Counted from the stretch's first letter, positions 38,524 to 48,704 are shown. The stretch: DNA of 64,000 nt from an uncultured Kiritimatiellota bacterium (GCA_944391065.1 CALXSH010000002.1:7755-71754), one strand, 5' to 3'. Notes: a model not told the origin generated them from the sequence alone. Numbers and translations: made by a program.

Positions 38524-40053
38524 TTACTCGGTAATCTCCTGCAGGAGCGGGGCAGGGGCCGCTTCGGCGACCTGCTGCGGAGCCGGGGCCTTGCTTTCCG
38601 CTGCGGTTTCTTCCTTGGCTGCGTCCGGAACCGTCTTGGGTTCGGAGGCCGTACCCGGCGTGGGCGGATCGGGCTCCTCCGACCAGCCGCCGCCGAGGGC
38701 GCGGTAGAAGGCCACGGCGTTGGTGAGCAGCTGATAATTGTGGATGGTCAGCTGTTCGCGGGCCGTCAGCAGGTTGCCCTGCTGCACGATGACCTCGCTG
38801 AAGTCCGATTCGCCGGCTTTGTAGATTTGCAGGGCGATGTCGTAGGCGATGGAGCTCTGATGTTCCGAGCGCGTCAGCGCCTCGGTGCGTTCGACCTCGT
38901 TGAGGCAATTCTGCCAGGCCGTCTCGGCCTCGCGGTAGGCGTTCAGCACGGTGTCGTTGTAGTCGGCGACCGTCGCTTCCAACAGGGCTTTCTGCGATTC
39001 GATGCGCTTCCGCCAGGTACCGAAGCCGAAGATGTTCCAGCGGATGGAGGGACCGAACCCGATGGAGCGCGTGTAGTCGCTGAGCGGACCGAGGTCCGGC
39101 GCGGAGAGCCCGAGCGTGCCGCCTAGGGCGAACGTCGGGTAGATCTCGGCCGTGGCGACGCCGACGGCAGCCGTTTGGGCGTGAATCGCCTCTTCCGCCA
39201 TGCGGATATCCGCGCGGCGGCGCAGCAAATCGTTGGGGACGCGTTGGGGGATGCCCGGCTGCACGAGGGTGTCCGGCAGGGTCTCCAGATCCTCCCGTGT
39301 CGCGTAGGGGGCGCGGCCGGCCAGATAGTCAAGCGTCAGCATATTCTCCGTGATGGTCTGACGGAGCTGCGGCAGCGTGGCCATCACGCGGGCCACCTGT
39401 GCGCGGGCCGTGGCCAAATCATAACGCGTGGCCGTGCCGGCCTTGGCGCGCTGACGGGTGATGTCGGCGTTGCGGCGCTGCAGGGCGAGGTTCTCCTCCG
39501 CCACACGCAGACGCGCCTGCGCCTCACGCACCGCGATATAGGTCAGGGCCGTCTCGGCGATGAGGGAGATGCGGACCTCCTCCAGCGAATAGGCCTGCTG
39601 GCGTTCCTGCGCCTCGGCCTGCTCGACGCCGCGGGCGATGCCGCCGAAGAGATCCAGCTCCCACGACGCGTCGCCGGAGGCGGAGAGATTGTGGTTCCAC
39701 CCCTTGGAGCGCTTCTCTCCCCAGCTCCGGCTCCAGTTGTAGCTACCGTCGGCGGAGATCTGCGGCATGTAGCCGGCTTCGGCCTGCTGACGGAGGGCGC
39801 GGGCCGAACGGAGCCGCGCCGTGGCCGCCTCAACGGTCGGGGAGGCCTTCAGCGCGTCTTCGATGAGGCGGTTCAGCAGCGGGTCGCCGAGACGTTCCCA
39901 CCAGACCGCCAGCGAGAAGGTCCCGGCCTGGTCGCCGCCGGCGAACATGGCCGTACCGGCCTCGGGCGCCTCGGGCGCCGTATAGTCGGGTCCCACGGCG
40001 CAGCCGGCCAGCAGCACCGTCACGAGACCGAGCGCGAGGAGTGACGTCTTCAC
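38524..40053 (-). CDS. RND efflux outer-membrane factor lipoprotein (NodT/OprM family)
   Basis: Lipoprotein signal [11 protein letters not shown], two OEP repeats, acidic low-complexity C-terminal tail. Confidence 0.8.
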   Translation of the reverse strand: MKTSLLALGLVTVLLAGCAVGPDYTAPEAPEAGTAMFAGGDQAGTFSLAVWWERLGDPLLNRLIEDALKASPTVEAATARLRSARALRQQAEAGYMPQISADGSYNWSRSWGEKRSKGWNHNLSASGDASWELDLFGGIARGVEQAEAQERQQAYSLEEVRISLIAETALTYIAVREAQARLRVAEENLALQRRNADITRQRAKAGTATRYDLATARAQVARVMATLPQLRQTITENMLTLDYLAGRAPYATREDLETLPDTLVQPGIPQRVPNDLLRRRADIRMAEEAIHAQTAAVGVATAEIYPTFALGGTLGLSAPDLGPLSDYTRSIGFGPSIRWNIFGFGTWRKRIESQKALLEATVADYNDTVLNAYREAETAWQNCLNEVERTEALTRSEHQSSIAYDIALQIYKAGESDFSEVIVQQGNLLTAREQLTIHNYQLLTNAVAFYRALGGGWSEEPDPPTPGTASEPKTVPDAAKEETAAESKAPAPQQVAEAAPAPLLQEITE

Positions 40054-40547
40054 AGGCGGGTGACCGATTCGATGACGACCGCCTCGCGCGGGACGTCCTG
40101 GAAGTAACCGCGGATGCCCGTCGCCACCTTGGAGATGGCGTCGACGGTCTCAGCGCCCTTCACCACGCGGCCGAAGACGGCATACCCGTAGGCGGCCGGG
40201 TTGGGGGCGCGGAAGTTAAGAAAGTCGTTGTTGACCGTATTGATGAAGAATTGCGACGTCGCCGAATTGATTTCGGATGTGCGCGCCATGGCGATGGTGT
40301 AGCGGTCATTCTTCAGGCCGTTGGAGGCCTCGTTGCGGATCGGGGCGCGCGTCGGCTTCTGGGTCATGTCCGGCGTGAAGCCGCCGCCCTGAATCATAAA
40401 GCCGTCGATGACGCGGTGGAAGATGGTGCCGTTGTAGAAGCCGGCGTCGACATAGGCCAGGAAGTTGGCGACAGTCTCAGGCGCGGCGTTTTCGTCAAGG
40501 GTGATCTCAATGTCGCCCTTATTGGTCTTCATCAGAACATTGGTCAT
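40050..40547 (-). CDS. ppiB: Peptidyl-prolyl cis-trans isomerase (cyclophilin type)
   Basis: [15 protein letters not shown] and cyclophilin signature; start at ATG 40547. Confidence 0.85.
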   Translation of the reverse strand: MTNVLMKTNKGDIEITLDENAAPETVANFLAYVDAGFYNGTIFHRVIDGFMIQGGGFTPDMTQKPTRAPIRNEASNGLKNDRYTIAMARTSEINSATSQFFINTVNNDFLNFRAPNPAAYGYAVFGRVVKGAETVDAISKVATGIRGYFQDVPREAVVIESVTRL

Positions 40548-40727
40548 GGCAGGAATTCTCCGGATTGGCTTGCCGGACCGTATGATACGGCCCTTTGCCA
40601 CAGTATCCCACAAGCCAAGACCGCGCGCAAACCAAAGCGCCCGCCGCGCGGCGAATGCGCACGGGATGCGGCGGCGAAAAGGAAAGGGGCCCCGGTGCTC
40701 CGGAGCCCCTGGGAGACGGCCGTCGGC

Positions 40728-43325
40728 TTAGGCCTTCGGCACGTCGGTCTTTTTGGGCGCGGTCTTGCGCTTGGCCGGCGCGGACTGACGCGGCGGCGTC
40801 TTGCGGACGGCTGAGGCCGGTTTGCGCGCGGCCTTCGGCTTGGCCGCGGCGCGGCGAGGCGGCAGTGAGGCTGCGAGGGCTTTGTTGTCGGCCGTCGGCG
40901 CCAGACGGATCGTCCGGTCCGTCGGGCCTTCGCGCAGGAGAAAATCGGCCAGCGGGTCCTCAATGAGCTTCTCGATGGCGCGGCGGAGCGGACGGGCGCC
41001 CTGCTCGGGACGCGATCCCTCGGCGCAGACCAGCGCCTTGGCCTCCGGGGTGAGTCCGAAGGTCACGCCGGAGGCCTGCAGACGCTTGCGGACCGCGGCC
41101 AGCTCGAGCTCCAGAATGGCCTCAATGGCCGCCTTGTCCAGCGCACGGAAGACGATGAGCTCGTCGAAACGGTTGATCAGCTCGGGCTTGAGCGTCCGGC
41201 GGATCTCCCGCATAATCTTGTCGCGCAGCGCCTCATGGGCCATCAGCACGCCCTTGGCCGCCTCACCCGGCAGGAAGCCGACCGTCGGCGCCTCGGCGGC
41301 GAAGTTGCAGCCGATGTTGGAGGTCAGGATGACGATGGTGTTGCGGAAATCGACGCGGCGGCCGAGACCGTCGGTGAGGCAGCCCTCCTCGAGAATCTGC
41401 AGCAGCATGTTGGTCACGTCCGGATGCGCCTTCTCGATTTCGTCGAAGAGGACGACGGAGTAGGGACGGCGGCGGACGCGTTCGGTCAGCTGACCGCCCT
41501 CTTCGTGACCGACGTAGCCGGGCGGCGAACCGACCAGGCGGCTGACGGTGTGTTTCTCCATGTACTCCGACATATCGAGCTGGATCAGCGCCTTCCGGTC
41601 ACCGAAGAGCGACTCGGCCAGCGCCTTGGCCAGCAGCGTCTTGCCCACGCCGCTGGGCCCGAGGAAGAGAAAGGACCCAATCGGACGGGCCGGATCCTTC
41701 AGCCCCGCGCGGGCGCGGCGGATGGCTTTGGCCACGGCCTGCACGGCCTCCGGCTGGCCGATGACGCGACCGTTGAGCTCCTGCTCCAGCGCGGTCAGGC
41801 GGGCGCGGTCGCCCGCGTCGAGCTGCCGCACGGGCACGCCGGTCATCGATGCGACCACCGCGGCGACGGCGTCGGCTCCGACGGTGACGGGCGCGTCGCT
41901 CTGCGACGCCTTCCAGTCCTTCAGGGCCTGCTCGAAAGCCTCGCGTTTGGCGAGTTCGTCGGCGCGGTGGAGGGCGGCGGTGTCAAAGTCGTCGGCCGCG
42001 ATGGCGGCCTCCTTACGCTTGGTGACCTCGCGCAGTTCGCGCTCCTGGTCGCGCAGAGCCTGCGGACGGACGGCCGATTCCAGACGCAGACGGGAACCCG
42101 CCTCGTCGATGGCGTCGATGGCTTTGTCCGGCAGCTGGCGCGCGGGAAGGTAACGGGAGGTCAGGCGCACGGCCGCCTCGAGGGCCTCGTCGGTGTAGGT
42201 CACGCCGTGATGCTCCGCGTAGCGCGGCGCGATGCCCTTCAGAATGGTGATGGCCTGGGCGACGGTCGGTTCGTCGACCATGACGGTCTGGAAACGGCGC
42301 TCCAGCGCGGCGTCTTTCTCGATGCCCTTGCGGTACTCATTGAGCGTTGTCGCGCCGATGCACTGCAGCTCACCGCGCGCCAGGGCCGGCTTGATGATGT
42401 TGGCCGCGTCCATAGCACCCTCGCTGCCGCCGGCGCCGACGATTGTGTGGAGTTCGTCCAGAAAGAGAATGACGTTGCCGCTGCGCACCACCTCGTCGAT
42501 GACGCGCTTCAGACGCTCCTCGAACTGGCCGCGGTACTGCGTGCCGGCCACGAGCAGCGCCATGTCCAGCGAAATTACGCGCCGTCCGATCATCGCCTCG
42601 GGTACGGCCCCGTCGGCAATCGCCTGAGCCAGCCCTTCGACGACCGCCGTCTTGCCGACGCCGGCTTCGCCGATGAGCACGGCGTTGTTCTTGCTGCGGC
42701 GGCAGAGGATCTGCACCACGCGGCGCAGTTCGGTGTCGCGGCCGATGACGGGATCGAGCTTGCCCTGACGGGCGAGTTCCGTCAGGTCGCGGCCGAAGGT
42801 CTCCAGGGCCGGCATCTTGTTGGAGGGATTGGCGCTCTGCATGGGCGGTGTGGCGTCCGTCCCCCGGTCGGGTTCCGTGGCGTCGGTCTGGGGCATGAAG
42901 GCCTCCAGCGCCTCGACCGTGACGCCCACTTGACGCAGCACGATGGCGCCCATGCCTTCGCCCTCGGAGACGACGGCGAAGAGCAGACAGAGGGTGGTGA
43001 CCTCCGGCATCCCGCGGCTCTCGGCCACGAGATGGGCCATGTCACAGACCTTCAGGGCCCGCTGCGACCACGGCAGGTCGCCGGGCCGATCCTCGGCGAT
43101 GCCGCCGACGCTCTCCTGCGCCTCGATGCGCACGCGCAGGTCGTCCTGGGAAGTGTTGAGGGCATAGAGGGCCCGGGCGGCGGAACATTCGCCGACGCCG
43201 AAGCAGGCCAGCACCAGATGCTCGGTGCCGACATGGTCATGCTTCAGGCCGCGGGCCTCAACCTGGGCCTGACGCAGCAGCCTGACCGCGTTCTTCGAAA
43301 AATGTTCGGTATTGGGTTCGTCCAT
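40728..43325 (-). CDS. clpC: ClpC/ClpA-family AAA+ Clp protease ATP-binding subunit with basic Ala/Lys/Pro-rich C-terminal tail
   Basis: Duplicated Clp_N domain, two AAA+ modules (GEAGVGKT and GPSGVGKT Walker A), short middle domain; about 60-aa AKP-rich tail. Confidence 0.85.
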   Translation of the reverse strand: MDEPNTEHFSKNAVRLLRQAQVEARGLKHDHVGTEHLVLACFGVGECSAARALYALNTSQDDLRVRIEAQESVGGIAEDRPGDLPWSQRALKVCDMAHLVAESRGMPEVTTLCLLFAVVSEGEGMGAIVLRQVGVTVEALEAFMPQTDATEPDRGTDATPPMQSANPSNKMPALETFGRDLTELARQGKLDPVIGRDTELRRVVQILCRRSKNNAVLIGEAGVGKTAVVEGLAQAIADGAVPEAMIGRRVISLDMALLVAGTQYRGQFEERLKRVIDEVVRSGNVILFLDELHTIVGAGGSEGAMDAANIIKPALARGELQCIGATTLNEYRKGIEKDAALERRFQTVMVDEPTVAQAITILKGIAPRYAEHHGVTYTDEALEAAVRLTSRYLPARQLPDKAIDAIDEAGSRLRLESAVRPQALRDQERELREVTKRKEAAIAADDFDTAALHRADELAKREAFEQALKDWKASQSDAPVTVGADAVAAVVASMTGVPVRQLDAGDRARLTALEQELNGRVIGQPEAVQAVAKAIRRARAGLKDPARPIGSFLFLGPSGVGKTLLAKALAESLFGDRKALIQLDMSEYMEKHTVSRLVGSPPGYVGHEEGGQLTERVRRRPYSVVLFDEIEKAHPDVTNMLLQILEEGCLTDGLGRRVDFRNTIVILTSNIGCNFAAEAPTVGFLPGEAAKGVLMAHEALRDKIMREIRRTLKPELINRFDELIVFRALDKAAIEAILELELAAVRKRLQASGVTFGLTPEAKALVCAEGSRPEQGARPLRRAIEKLIEDPLADFLLREGPTDRTIRLAPTADNKALAASLPPRRAAAKPKAARKPASAVRKTPPRQSAPAKRKTAPKKTDVPKA

Positions 43326-43440
43326 AGAGATGACTCCTCCTTTCCAAAGGATGACATTTCTGTTGCGCGCGGAAGTTTACCAAAAAGTGTCCTTCGTCAC
43401 ATCCCACACATCCCGGGCCCGCGCGCCGTATTCTCCGGAA

Positions 43441-43470
43441 AACAAAAAAACCCGGGTCGCGAAACCCGGG
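43441..43470 (-). terminator. Terminator downstream of the tRNA array (minus strand)
   Basis: On the minus strand CCCGGGTTTCGCGACCCGGG hairpin followed by TTTTTTT. Confidence 0.65.
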
Positions 43471-43476
43471 GAAAGT

Positions 43477-43551
43477 TGGCTCCGAAGGCAGGATTCGAAC
43501 CTGCGACCAAGTGATTAACAGTCACCTGCGCTACCGCTGCGCTACTTCGGA
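43477..43551 (-). tRNA. tRNA-Asn (anticodon GTT), copy 1
   Basis: 75-nt cloverleaf folded by hand: acceptor TCCGAAG/CTTCGGA, anticodon loop CTGTTAA, T-loop TTCGAAT, CCA encoded. Confidence 0.8.
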
Positions 43552-43623
43552 ACGGTATGTCCTCCGTCTTCCCGGGAAAAAGAAACCCCGCTTCGGGCGG
43601 GGAACTTTCAGGTCCTTTATTAT

Positions 43624-43698
43624 TGGCTCCGAAGGCAGGATTCGAACCTGCGACCAAGTGATTAACAGTCACCTGCGCTACCGCTGCGCTACTTCGGA
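43624..43698 (-). tRNA. tRNA-Asn (anticodon GTT), copy 2 (identical to copy 1)
   Basis: Exact 75-nt duplicate of copy 1; followed by its own GC hairpin. Confidence 0.8.
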
Positions 43699-43722
43699 AC
43701 AGGGCCTCTTCCACAAGGAAAT

Positions 43723-43798
43723 TGGTGGCGGGTGAGGGTCACGATCCCCCGACACGCGGATTATGATTCCGCTGCTCTACCAACTGAGCTAACCCGCC
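43723..43798 (-). tRNA. tRNA with CAT anticodon (elongator Met or lysidine-modified Ile2; not initiator)
   Basis: 76 nt; acceptor GGCGGGT/ACCCGCC, anticodon stem-loop GCGGA-ATCATAA-TCCGC; lacks the three G-C pairs at the base of the anticodon stem seen in initiator tRNA. Confidence 0.7.
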
Positions 43799-43816
43799 AA
43801 GTGGAAAACGGCGCAC

Positions 43817-43845
43817 ATAGTACCATCACACGGCGCCTCTGTCAA
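43817..43845 (-). promoter_or_regulatory. Strong sigma70-type promoter for the tRNA array: -35 TTGACA, 17-nt spacer, -10 TACTAT, with upstream A/T-rich UP-like element
   Basis: Read on the minus strand: AAAAAAGCACATTGACAGAGGCGCCGTGTGATGGTACTAT about 12 nt upstream of the tRNA 5' end. Confidence 0.6.
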
Positions 43846-44054
43846 TGTGCTTTTTTCAAAAAAGCGATTTTTGCCTGCGCTCTCCGCCGTTCGGACTTCG
43901 GTCTGCCGTGGATTCTTTCTTGCGCGTGAGACGGTTTTGTGGAGTACTTGGGGCGGTTGCAGGGCCCGCGGCTCTGACCGCGGACAACGCCGAACGAAAT
44001 CTGACGCTCCCATTGTTCCGGGATGGCAGTCAGTAAGGGAAGGACTCCCTACCC

Positions 44055-44419
44055 ATGCACAAGCGTCCATCCGCTCTTCTTCTCCCAGCCGCCCGCTTGG
44101 CCCTCATCGGTTGCGCGGGCTTTACCAAGGTGCCCGTCGGGCCCCCGCCGGCCTTCGTCGTGTGCAACGTCACGGCGCCGCTGACCGTGGATTGCGGCGG
44201 AGTCCCGGCCGGTAACCTGAAGCTGCCACCTCCTATTCGGACTGGTATCTCTTTGTACCCTATCCGACTGTGGATATGAGTTGGCAGAGCGGTACGCCGC
44301 CGGCCGCGTTCAGCGGGAGGCCGAAGACAGGCGAGGTGGTCTATGCCGAGATGGACGTCTTTACGATTCTCTCCATATTTGGAAAGTACACCGTAAGGCT
44401 CTATGCCGCGGCCCAATGA
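44055..44419 (+). pseudogene. TRL-like (tRNA-associated locus family) small lipoprotein gene interrupted by a frameshift near 44216
   Basis: Frame 0 encodes lipoprotein signal (LIGCAG) and NVTAP motif to residue about 54; frame +2 from 44216 continues with ...DVFTILSIFGKYTVRLYAAAQ to stop at 44419; no single frame spans both. Confidence 0.5.
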
Positions 44420-44427
44420 GTGACCAA

Positions 44428-44466
44428 AGCCCCGGGCGGGTTCGCCAGGGGCTTTTCTGTTTTCTG
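44428..44466 (+). terminator. Rho-independent terminator after TRL-like gene
   Basis: AGCCCCGGGCGG-GTTC-GCCAGGGGCT hairpin followed by TTTTCTGTTTTC. Confidence 0.6.
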
Positions 44467-44615
44467 CTCCGGCCTGCCGCCGACTGTCGGTAGCGGCGGC
44501 GTGGGGACGATATTCCGCTTGCGCGGCGGCAGATGATGGCGCATACTGGAGTCGGTACCGTCGGAAGGCCGACGGAGAATCCTTTTGAGACCCGTAGCGA
44601 TAACCGGAGAGAGAG

Positions 44616-45872
44616 ATGCGCGTTGTACCGATGATTGTGGCGGTGGCCGTTGTGGCCGGAGCCGGATACTGGTGGTGGTCTGCCCGCAAGGGCGGCGAGA
44701 CGGAGAGCGTGCTTTACAGGACGATGCCGGTGCAGTCCGGCGAAATCGTGCGGACCATCCGCGCCACCGGCACCATCGAGCCGGAAGATCTTATCGATAT
44801 CGGCGCCCAGGTCACCGGCCAGATTATGTCCTTCGGTAGCGACGTCAACGGCAACGAGGTCGATTACTGTTCCGTCGTGACCAAGGGGCAGCTCCTGGCG
44901 CGCATCGATGATGTCACCTACCGCGCCGAGGTAACCATCGCCAAGGCCAATCTCACCACCGCCGAGGCCAACCTCGAATCGGCCAAGGCCGACATCCTCC
45001 AGTACGAGGCCCGCCTCCTTCAGGCCGAACGCGATTGGACCCGTGCCCAGTCACTCGGCGTCGGCGACGCGCTCTCGCAGAAGGACTTCGACGCCTACCG
45101 GTCCGCCTATGACGTGGCAGCCGCCTCCCTGGCCGTCGGCAAGGCCCAGAAGCTCCAGGCCGAGGCTTCCATCTCCCAGGCGCAGGCCCAGCTCGAGAAG
45201 GCCGAGCGCAATCTCTCCTACTGCAATATCCTCTCCACCGTCGACGGCGTCATCATTGACCGCCGCGTTAATATCGGCCAGACCGTGACGGCCTCCATGA
45301 GCACGCCCTCGCTCTTCCTCGTCGCCAAGGACCTGCGCAAGATCGAAATCTGGGTCCCCGTCAACGAGGCCGACATCGGAGCCATTGCCGTCGGCACCCC
45401 CGTTGCCTTTACCGTCGACGCATTTCCCGGCAAATCGTTCACCGGCGAGGTCCGTCGTATCCGCCTCAATGCATCCATGACCTCCAACGTCGTCACGTAC
45501 ACCGTCGAGGTCGCCACCTCCAATGACGACGGCCTCCTGCTGCCTTACCTTACGGCCAACGTCGCCTTCGAGCTTGAGCGCTCTGCTCCCGACGCCCTCC
45601 ATGTCCCTCCTGCAGCCCTGCTTTGGAAGCCGGAGGGGTGGGAGGCCGAAGGCGACTATGTTTTTGTGCGGGATGCAACCGGTCGCCCAATGCCGGTCCC
45701 TGTTTCCATCGGTACCACCAACGACGCCCGCACCGTCGTCGTTTCCGATTCTCTGAAGCCCGGGGATGCCGTCATTGTCGGCACCATGACTCCCCTTGAG
45801 GCCTCTCAGCAGGCCGCCAAGGGCAAGAATCCCTTTATGAGCGTACCCTCTCCGCCTCCGAAGCGTCGCTGA
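44616..45872 (+). CDS. macA: Efflux transporter periplasmic adaptor (MacA/HlyD family)
   Basis: N-terminal TM, coiled-coil hairpin, beta-barrel/MPD domains. Confidence 0.8.
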   Translation: MRVVPMIVAVAVVAGAGYWWWSARKGGETESVLYRTMPVQSGEIVRTIRATGTIEPEDLIDIGAQVTGQIMSFGSDVNGNEVDYCSVVTKGQLLARIDDVTYRAEVTIAKANLTTAEANLESAKADILQYEARLLQAERDWTRAQSLGVGDALSQKDFDAYRSAYDVAAASLAVGKAQKLQAEASISQAQAQLEKAERNLSYCNILSTVDGVIIDRRVNIGQTVTASMSTPSLFLVAKDLRKIEIWVPVNEADIGAIAVGTPVAFTVDAFPGKSFTGEVRRIRLNASMTSNVVTYTVEVATSNDDGLLLPYLTANVAFELERSAPDALHVPPAALLWKPEGWEAEGDYVFVRDATGRPMPVPVSIGTTNDARTVVVSDSLKPGDAVIVGTMTPLEASQQAAKGKNPFMSVPSPPPKRR

Positions 45873-45884
45873 GGAGACCACGTC

Positions 45885-46580
45885 ATGTCCGGACAGCCCC
45901 TTATCGAACTCCGCGGTCTTACCAAGGTTTACCGCCTCGGCGAGACCGACGTCCCCGTCCTTCAGGATATCACGCTGACCATCCGCGAAGGTACCCTCCT
46001 GGCCCTCATGGGCCCCTCCGGCGGCGGCAAGTCCACGCTGATGAACATTCTCGGCTTCCTCGACACGCCCTCCGGCGGCACCTACCTGCTCGACGGCAAG
46101 GATGTCTCCGGCCTTACCGCCAACCAGCGCGCCGATCTGCGCAACGAGCGCATCGGCTTCGTCTTCCAGAATTTCAATCTTCTCGCCCGTACCTCAGCCC
46201 TCAAGAATGTCCTTATGCCTCTGGAGTATGCCAAGACCCGCCGCTCCGCCAGGGAAAACCGGGCCTGGGCCGAGAGTCTTCTGGAGCGGGTCGGCCTGAA
46301 GGAGCGCATGGATCACACGCCTGCCCAGATGTCCGGCGGCCAGCAGCAACGCGTCGCCATCGCCCGCGCCCTTGTCAACCGCCCCAAGATCCTCTTCGCC
46401 GACGAGCCCACCGGCAACCTCGACTCCAAAACCTCCGAAGAGGTCCTGCGCATGTTTCAGGAGCTCAATGAAAAGGAAGGCCTGACCATCGTCCTGGTCA
46501 CCCACTCCCCCGAAGTCGGCGCCTTTGCCAAAGAGGCCTACCATATCAAGGACGGCCGCGTCGTCGGCGGCACCTACTGA
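45885..46580 (+). CDS. macB: ABC transporter ATP-binding protein (MacB/LolD type)
   Basis: Walker [25 protein letters not shown] signature, Walker B. Confidence 0.9.
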   Translation: MSGQPLIELRGLTKVYRLGETDVPVLQDITLTIREGTLLALMGPSGGGKSTLMNILGFLDTPSGGTYLLDGKDVSGLTANQRADLRNERIGFVFQNFNLLARTSALKNVLMPLEYAKTRRSARENRAWAESLLERVGLKERMDHTPAQMSGGQQQRVAIARALVNRPKILFADEPTGNLDSKTSEEVLRMFQELNEKEGLTIVLVTHSPEVGAFAKEAYHIKDGRVVGGTY

Positions 46581-46590
46581 GAGGCCTCCC

Positions 46591-47961
46591 ATGATTTTCG
46601 CCCAGATACTCTCCGCGCTGATCTCCCTAAAACGCAATATTCTCCGCTCCCTTCTTACCATGCTCGGTATCGTCATCGGCGTCGCCGTCGTGATTACCAT
46701 GATGGAGATCGGTGCCGGCGCCTCTGCCTCCGTCCGCGAATCCCTCGCCAATATGGGCACCAACGTGCTCATGATTTGGCCCGCCGCCACCAAGACCGCC
46801 GGCATCAGCTCCGGCTCCGGCGGCCGCATGACGCTCTCCGAGGGCGACTGCGATGCCATCCGTGAGGAGTGTCTTGCCGTCGAGGCCGTTTCCCCCTCCC
46901 TTGGCCGCCGCGGCATTCAGGCCATCGCCGGCAATCTCAACTGGACGCCCATGACCGTCTATTCCGGCAGCGTCGACTACTTCACCGTCCAGTCCTGGGG
47001 CCTCCCCGAGAGCGGCCGCTACTTTACTGCCCGCGAGGTCGAGACCGCCGCCTGCGTCTGCGTCCTCGGGCAGACCGTCCGCGACGAACTCTTTCCGGAC
47101 ACTGACCCCGTCGGCAGCGACATCCGCCTCAACAACGTCCTTTTCCGCGTTGTCGGCGTCCTTCCCAAAAAGGGTGCCAACATGATGGGTATGGACCAGG
47201 ACGACGTCGTCATCATCCCTTGGAAGACGATGCGCAACCGCCTCTCCCGCAACGGTGCCTCCGCCATGGGCGGTGCCGGCGGCAGCTCCTCCTCGTCTTC
47301 CGAATCCTCCACCGACGACGTCTATCCCGCCTCCTCCGCCTCCACCTATCCCGAGAAAGACAGCGTCCAGGCCGAAAATTACATCCTGCCCGTCCGCTTC
47401 GACAACGTTGACCAGATCACCTGCTCTGCCCGCACCCCCGAGCAGGTCTCCGACGCCATTGAGCAGATCTCCGCCGTCCTCCGCCGCCGCCACGGCATCG
47501 CCCCGGGACAGCCCGACGACTTCATGATCCGCGACATGACCCAGATGCTCAAGACCATGTCCGGCACCAGTCAGCTCATGACGACCCTGCTGCTCATCGT
47601 CGCCATGCTCTCCCTCGTCGTCGGCGGCGTCGGCATCATGAACATCATGCTCGTCAGCGTCACCGAGCGCACCCGCGAGATCGGCCTGCGTATGGCCGTC
47701 GGCGCACGCGGCAGCCGCATCCTCTCGCAGTTCCTGACCGAATCGGTCCTCCTCTGCCTCATGGGCGGCTGCGTCGGCATCGGCTTCGGCCGCTTGGCCT
47801 CGATGGTCATCTCCGCCGTCCTCGGCTGGCCCGTCAAAGTCTCCCTCTCGGCCATCTTGGTCTCCGCCGGCGTTGCCGCCGCCATCGGCGTCATCTTCGG
47901 TTTCTATCCCGCCTGGCGCGCCAGTCGGCTCAATCCCATCGACGCTCTGCGCCACGAATGA
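46591..47961 (+). CDS. ABC transporter permease, FtsX/MacB-type with large periplasmic domain and Ser-rich low-complexity insert
   Basis: TM1, periplasmic MacB_PCD-like domain, three C-terminal TM helices (FtsX); insert GGAGGSSSSSSESSTDDVYPASSAST; start ATG 46591. Confidence 0.8.
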   Translation: MIFAQILSALISLKRNILRSLLTMLGIVIGVAVVITMMEIGAGASASVRESLANMGTNVLMIWPAATKTAGISSGSGGRMTLSEGDCDAIREECLAVEAVSPSLGRRGIQAIAGNLNWTPMTVYSGSVDYFTVQSWGLPESGRYFTAREVETAACVCVLGQTVRDELFPDTDPVGSDIRLNNVLFRVVGVLPKKGANMMGMDQDDVVIIPWKTMRNRLSRNGASAMGGAGGSSSSSSESSTDDVYPASSASTYPEKDSVQAENYILPVRFDNVDQITCSARTPEQVSDAIEQISAVLRRRHGIAPGQPDDFMIRDMTQMLKTMSGTSQLMTTLLLIVAMLSLVVGGVGIMNIMLVSVTERTREIGLRMAVGARGSRILSQFLTESVLLCLMGGCVGIGFGRLASMVISAVLGWPVKVSLSAILVSAGVAAAIGVIFGFYPAWRASRLNPIDALRHE

Positions 47962-48115
47962 CGCCAAGCGTCCCGCTGCCGCCGCCCGCCCCAATGGGAC
48001 GGGCGGCTTCGCTTTGCCGGGAGTGCGCCACACGGCGTTTCCACCCGTATCGCAGCCTTTTCCCATCACGGCAGTAGCGGGTGTGGACTGGGACGATGCC
48101 GAATTTTGATAGAGC

Positions 48116-48195
48116 ACCCTATAGGGTAGTGAGAGATGACCCTATAGGGTGGTGACAGAGCACCCTATAGGGTGATGCGCAATGACCCTATAGGG
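48116..48195. repeat. Four tandem about 23-bp units each containing the perfect 12-bp palindrome ACCCTATAGGGT (starts 48116, 48139, 48162, 48184)
   Basis: Direct reading; palindrome is self-complementary; unit spacing 23/23/22 bp; located 135-215 bp upstream of the promoter at 48330. Confidence 0.85.
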
Positions 48196-48329
48196 TCGCA
48201 TATCGGTTTCCGCTGATGCCGCGGTCGGGATTTCCCCACATCCGGGTCTGCCCGGGGCCGTGCACAAGTGCCTTCGTGCCGTGACCGCCGGGGAGATCCA
48301 TCCGATATCGGTATCCGAGGTGAAGAAAG

Positions 48330-48359
48330 TTGCCTAGGAAGGTCTTGGTGGCGTATAAT
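48330..48359 (+). promoter_or_regulatory. Near-consensus sigma70 promoter: -35 TTGCCT (48330-48335), 18-nt spacer, -10 TATAAT (48354-48359)
   Basis: Perfect -10 hexamer; about 85 nt upstream of the ferredoxin start codon; palindrome CCGATATCGG at 48301-48310 lies just upstream of the -35. Confidence 0.55.
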
Positions 48360-48443
48360 AAAAGCGTTTTGGGCGTGCCAAGGAGGCCGTCCGGACCGAA
48401 CCGAGAGAGCCCGTTTACCCACTGTATCCAAGGAGATACCACG

Positions 48444-48704
48444 ATGGCCGATCACGTGACTGTCGAAATCTGCATGGGGACGACCTGCTATATGATGGGG
48501 AGTGCCCAGATGGCCGGGATGGCCGAACGCCTGCCCGAAGAATGGAAAGACCGCGTGACGATCACCGGCAAGCGCTGCACGGGCGCCTGCCAGAAGGCCG
48601 GTCAGTACGGCCGCGCGCCCTTCGTCCGCGTCAACGGAGAGCTGATCGGCGCCGCCGACGAAGGCAAGGTGCTGGCCGCCATCCGCGATCTGCTCGAAGC
48701 CTGA
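48444..48704 (+). CDS. Thioredoxin-like [2Fe-2S] ferredoxin (NuoE/HndA-like small protein)
   Basis: 86 aa; C-x4-C ... C-x3-C cysteine pattern (EICMGTTCYMMG ... RCTGACQKAG); RBS AGGAGA 8 nt upstream of ATG 48444. Confidence 0.65.
   Translation: MADHVTVEICMGTTCYMMGSAQMAGMAERLPEEWKDRVTITGKRCTGACQKAGQYGRAPFVRVNGELIGAADEGKVLAAIRDLLEA

Noticed and set aside
41235-43514. 759-aa plus-strand ORF
   Set aside because: Antisense to clpC. No motifs.
44281-44493. 70-aa ORF MAERYAAG...
   Set aside because: Wrong-frame overlap of the TRL-like gene's second half. The true continuation is in the other frame and ends at 44419.
46627-48117. 496-aa minus-strand ORF
   Set aside because: Antisense to the MacB permease. 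Gly/Asp/Ala-rich. Artefact.
48118-48127. T7-promoter-like CTATAGGG string
   Set aside because: A coincidental part of the palindromic unit. The upstream TAATACGACTCA context is missing.
48116-48195. Possible CRISPR array
   Set aside because: Only four units, and the apparent spacers are about 11 bp. The repeat is a perfect palindrome, there are no cas genes, and the array sits directly upstream of a promoter. Operator-like, not CRISPR.
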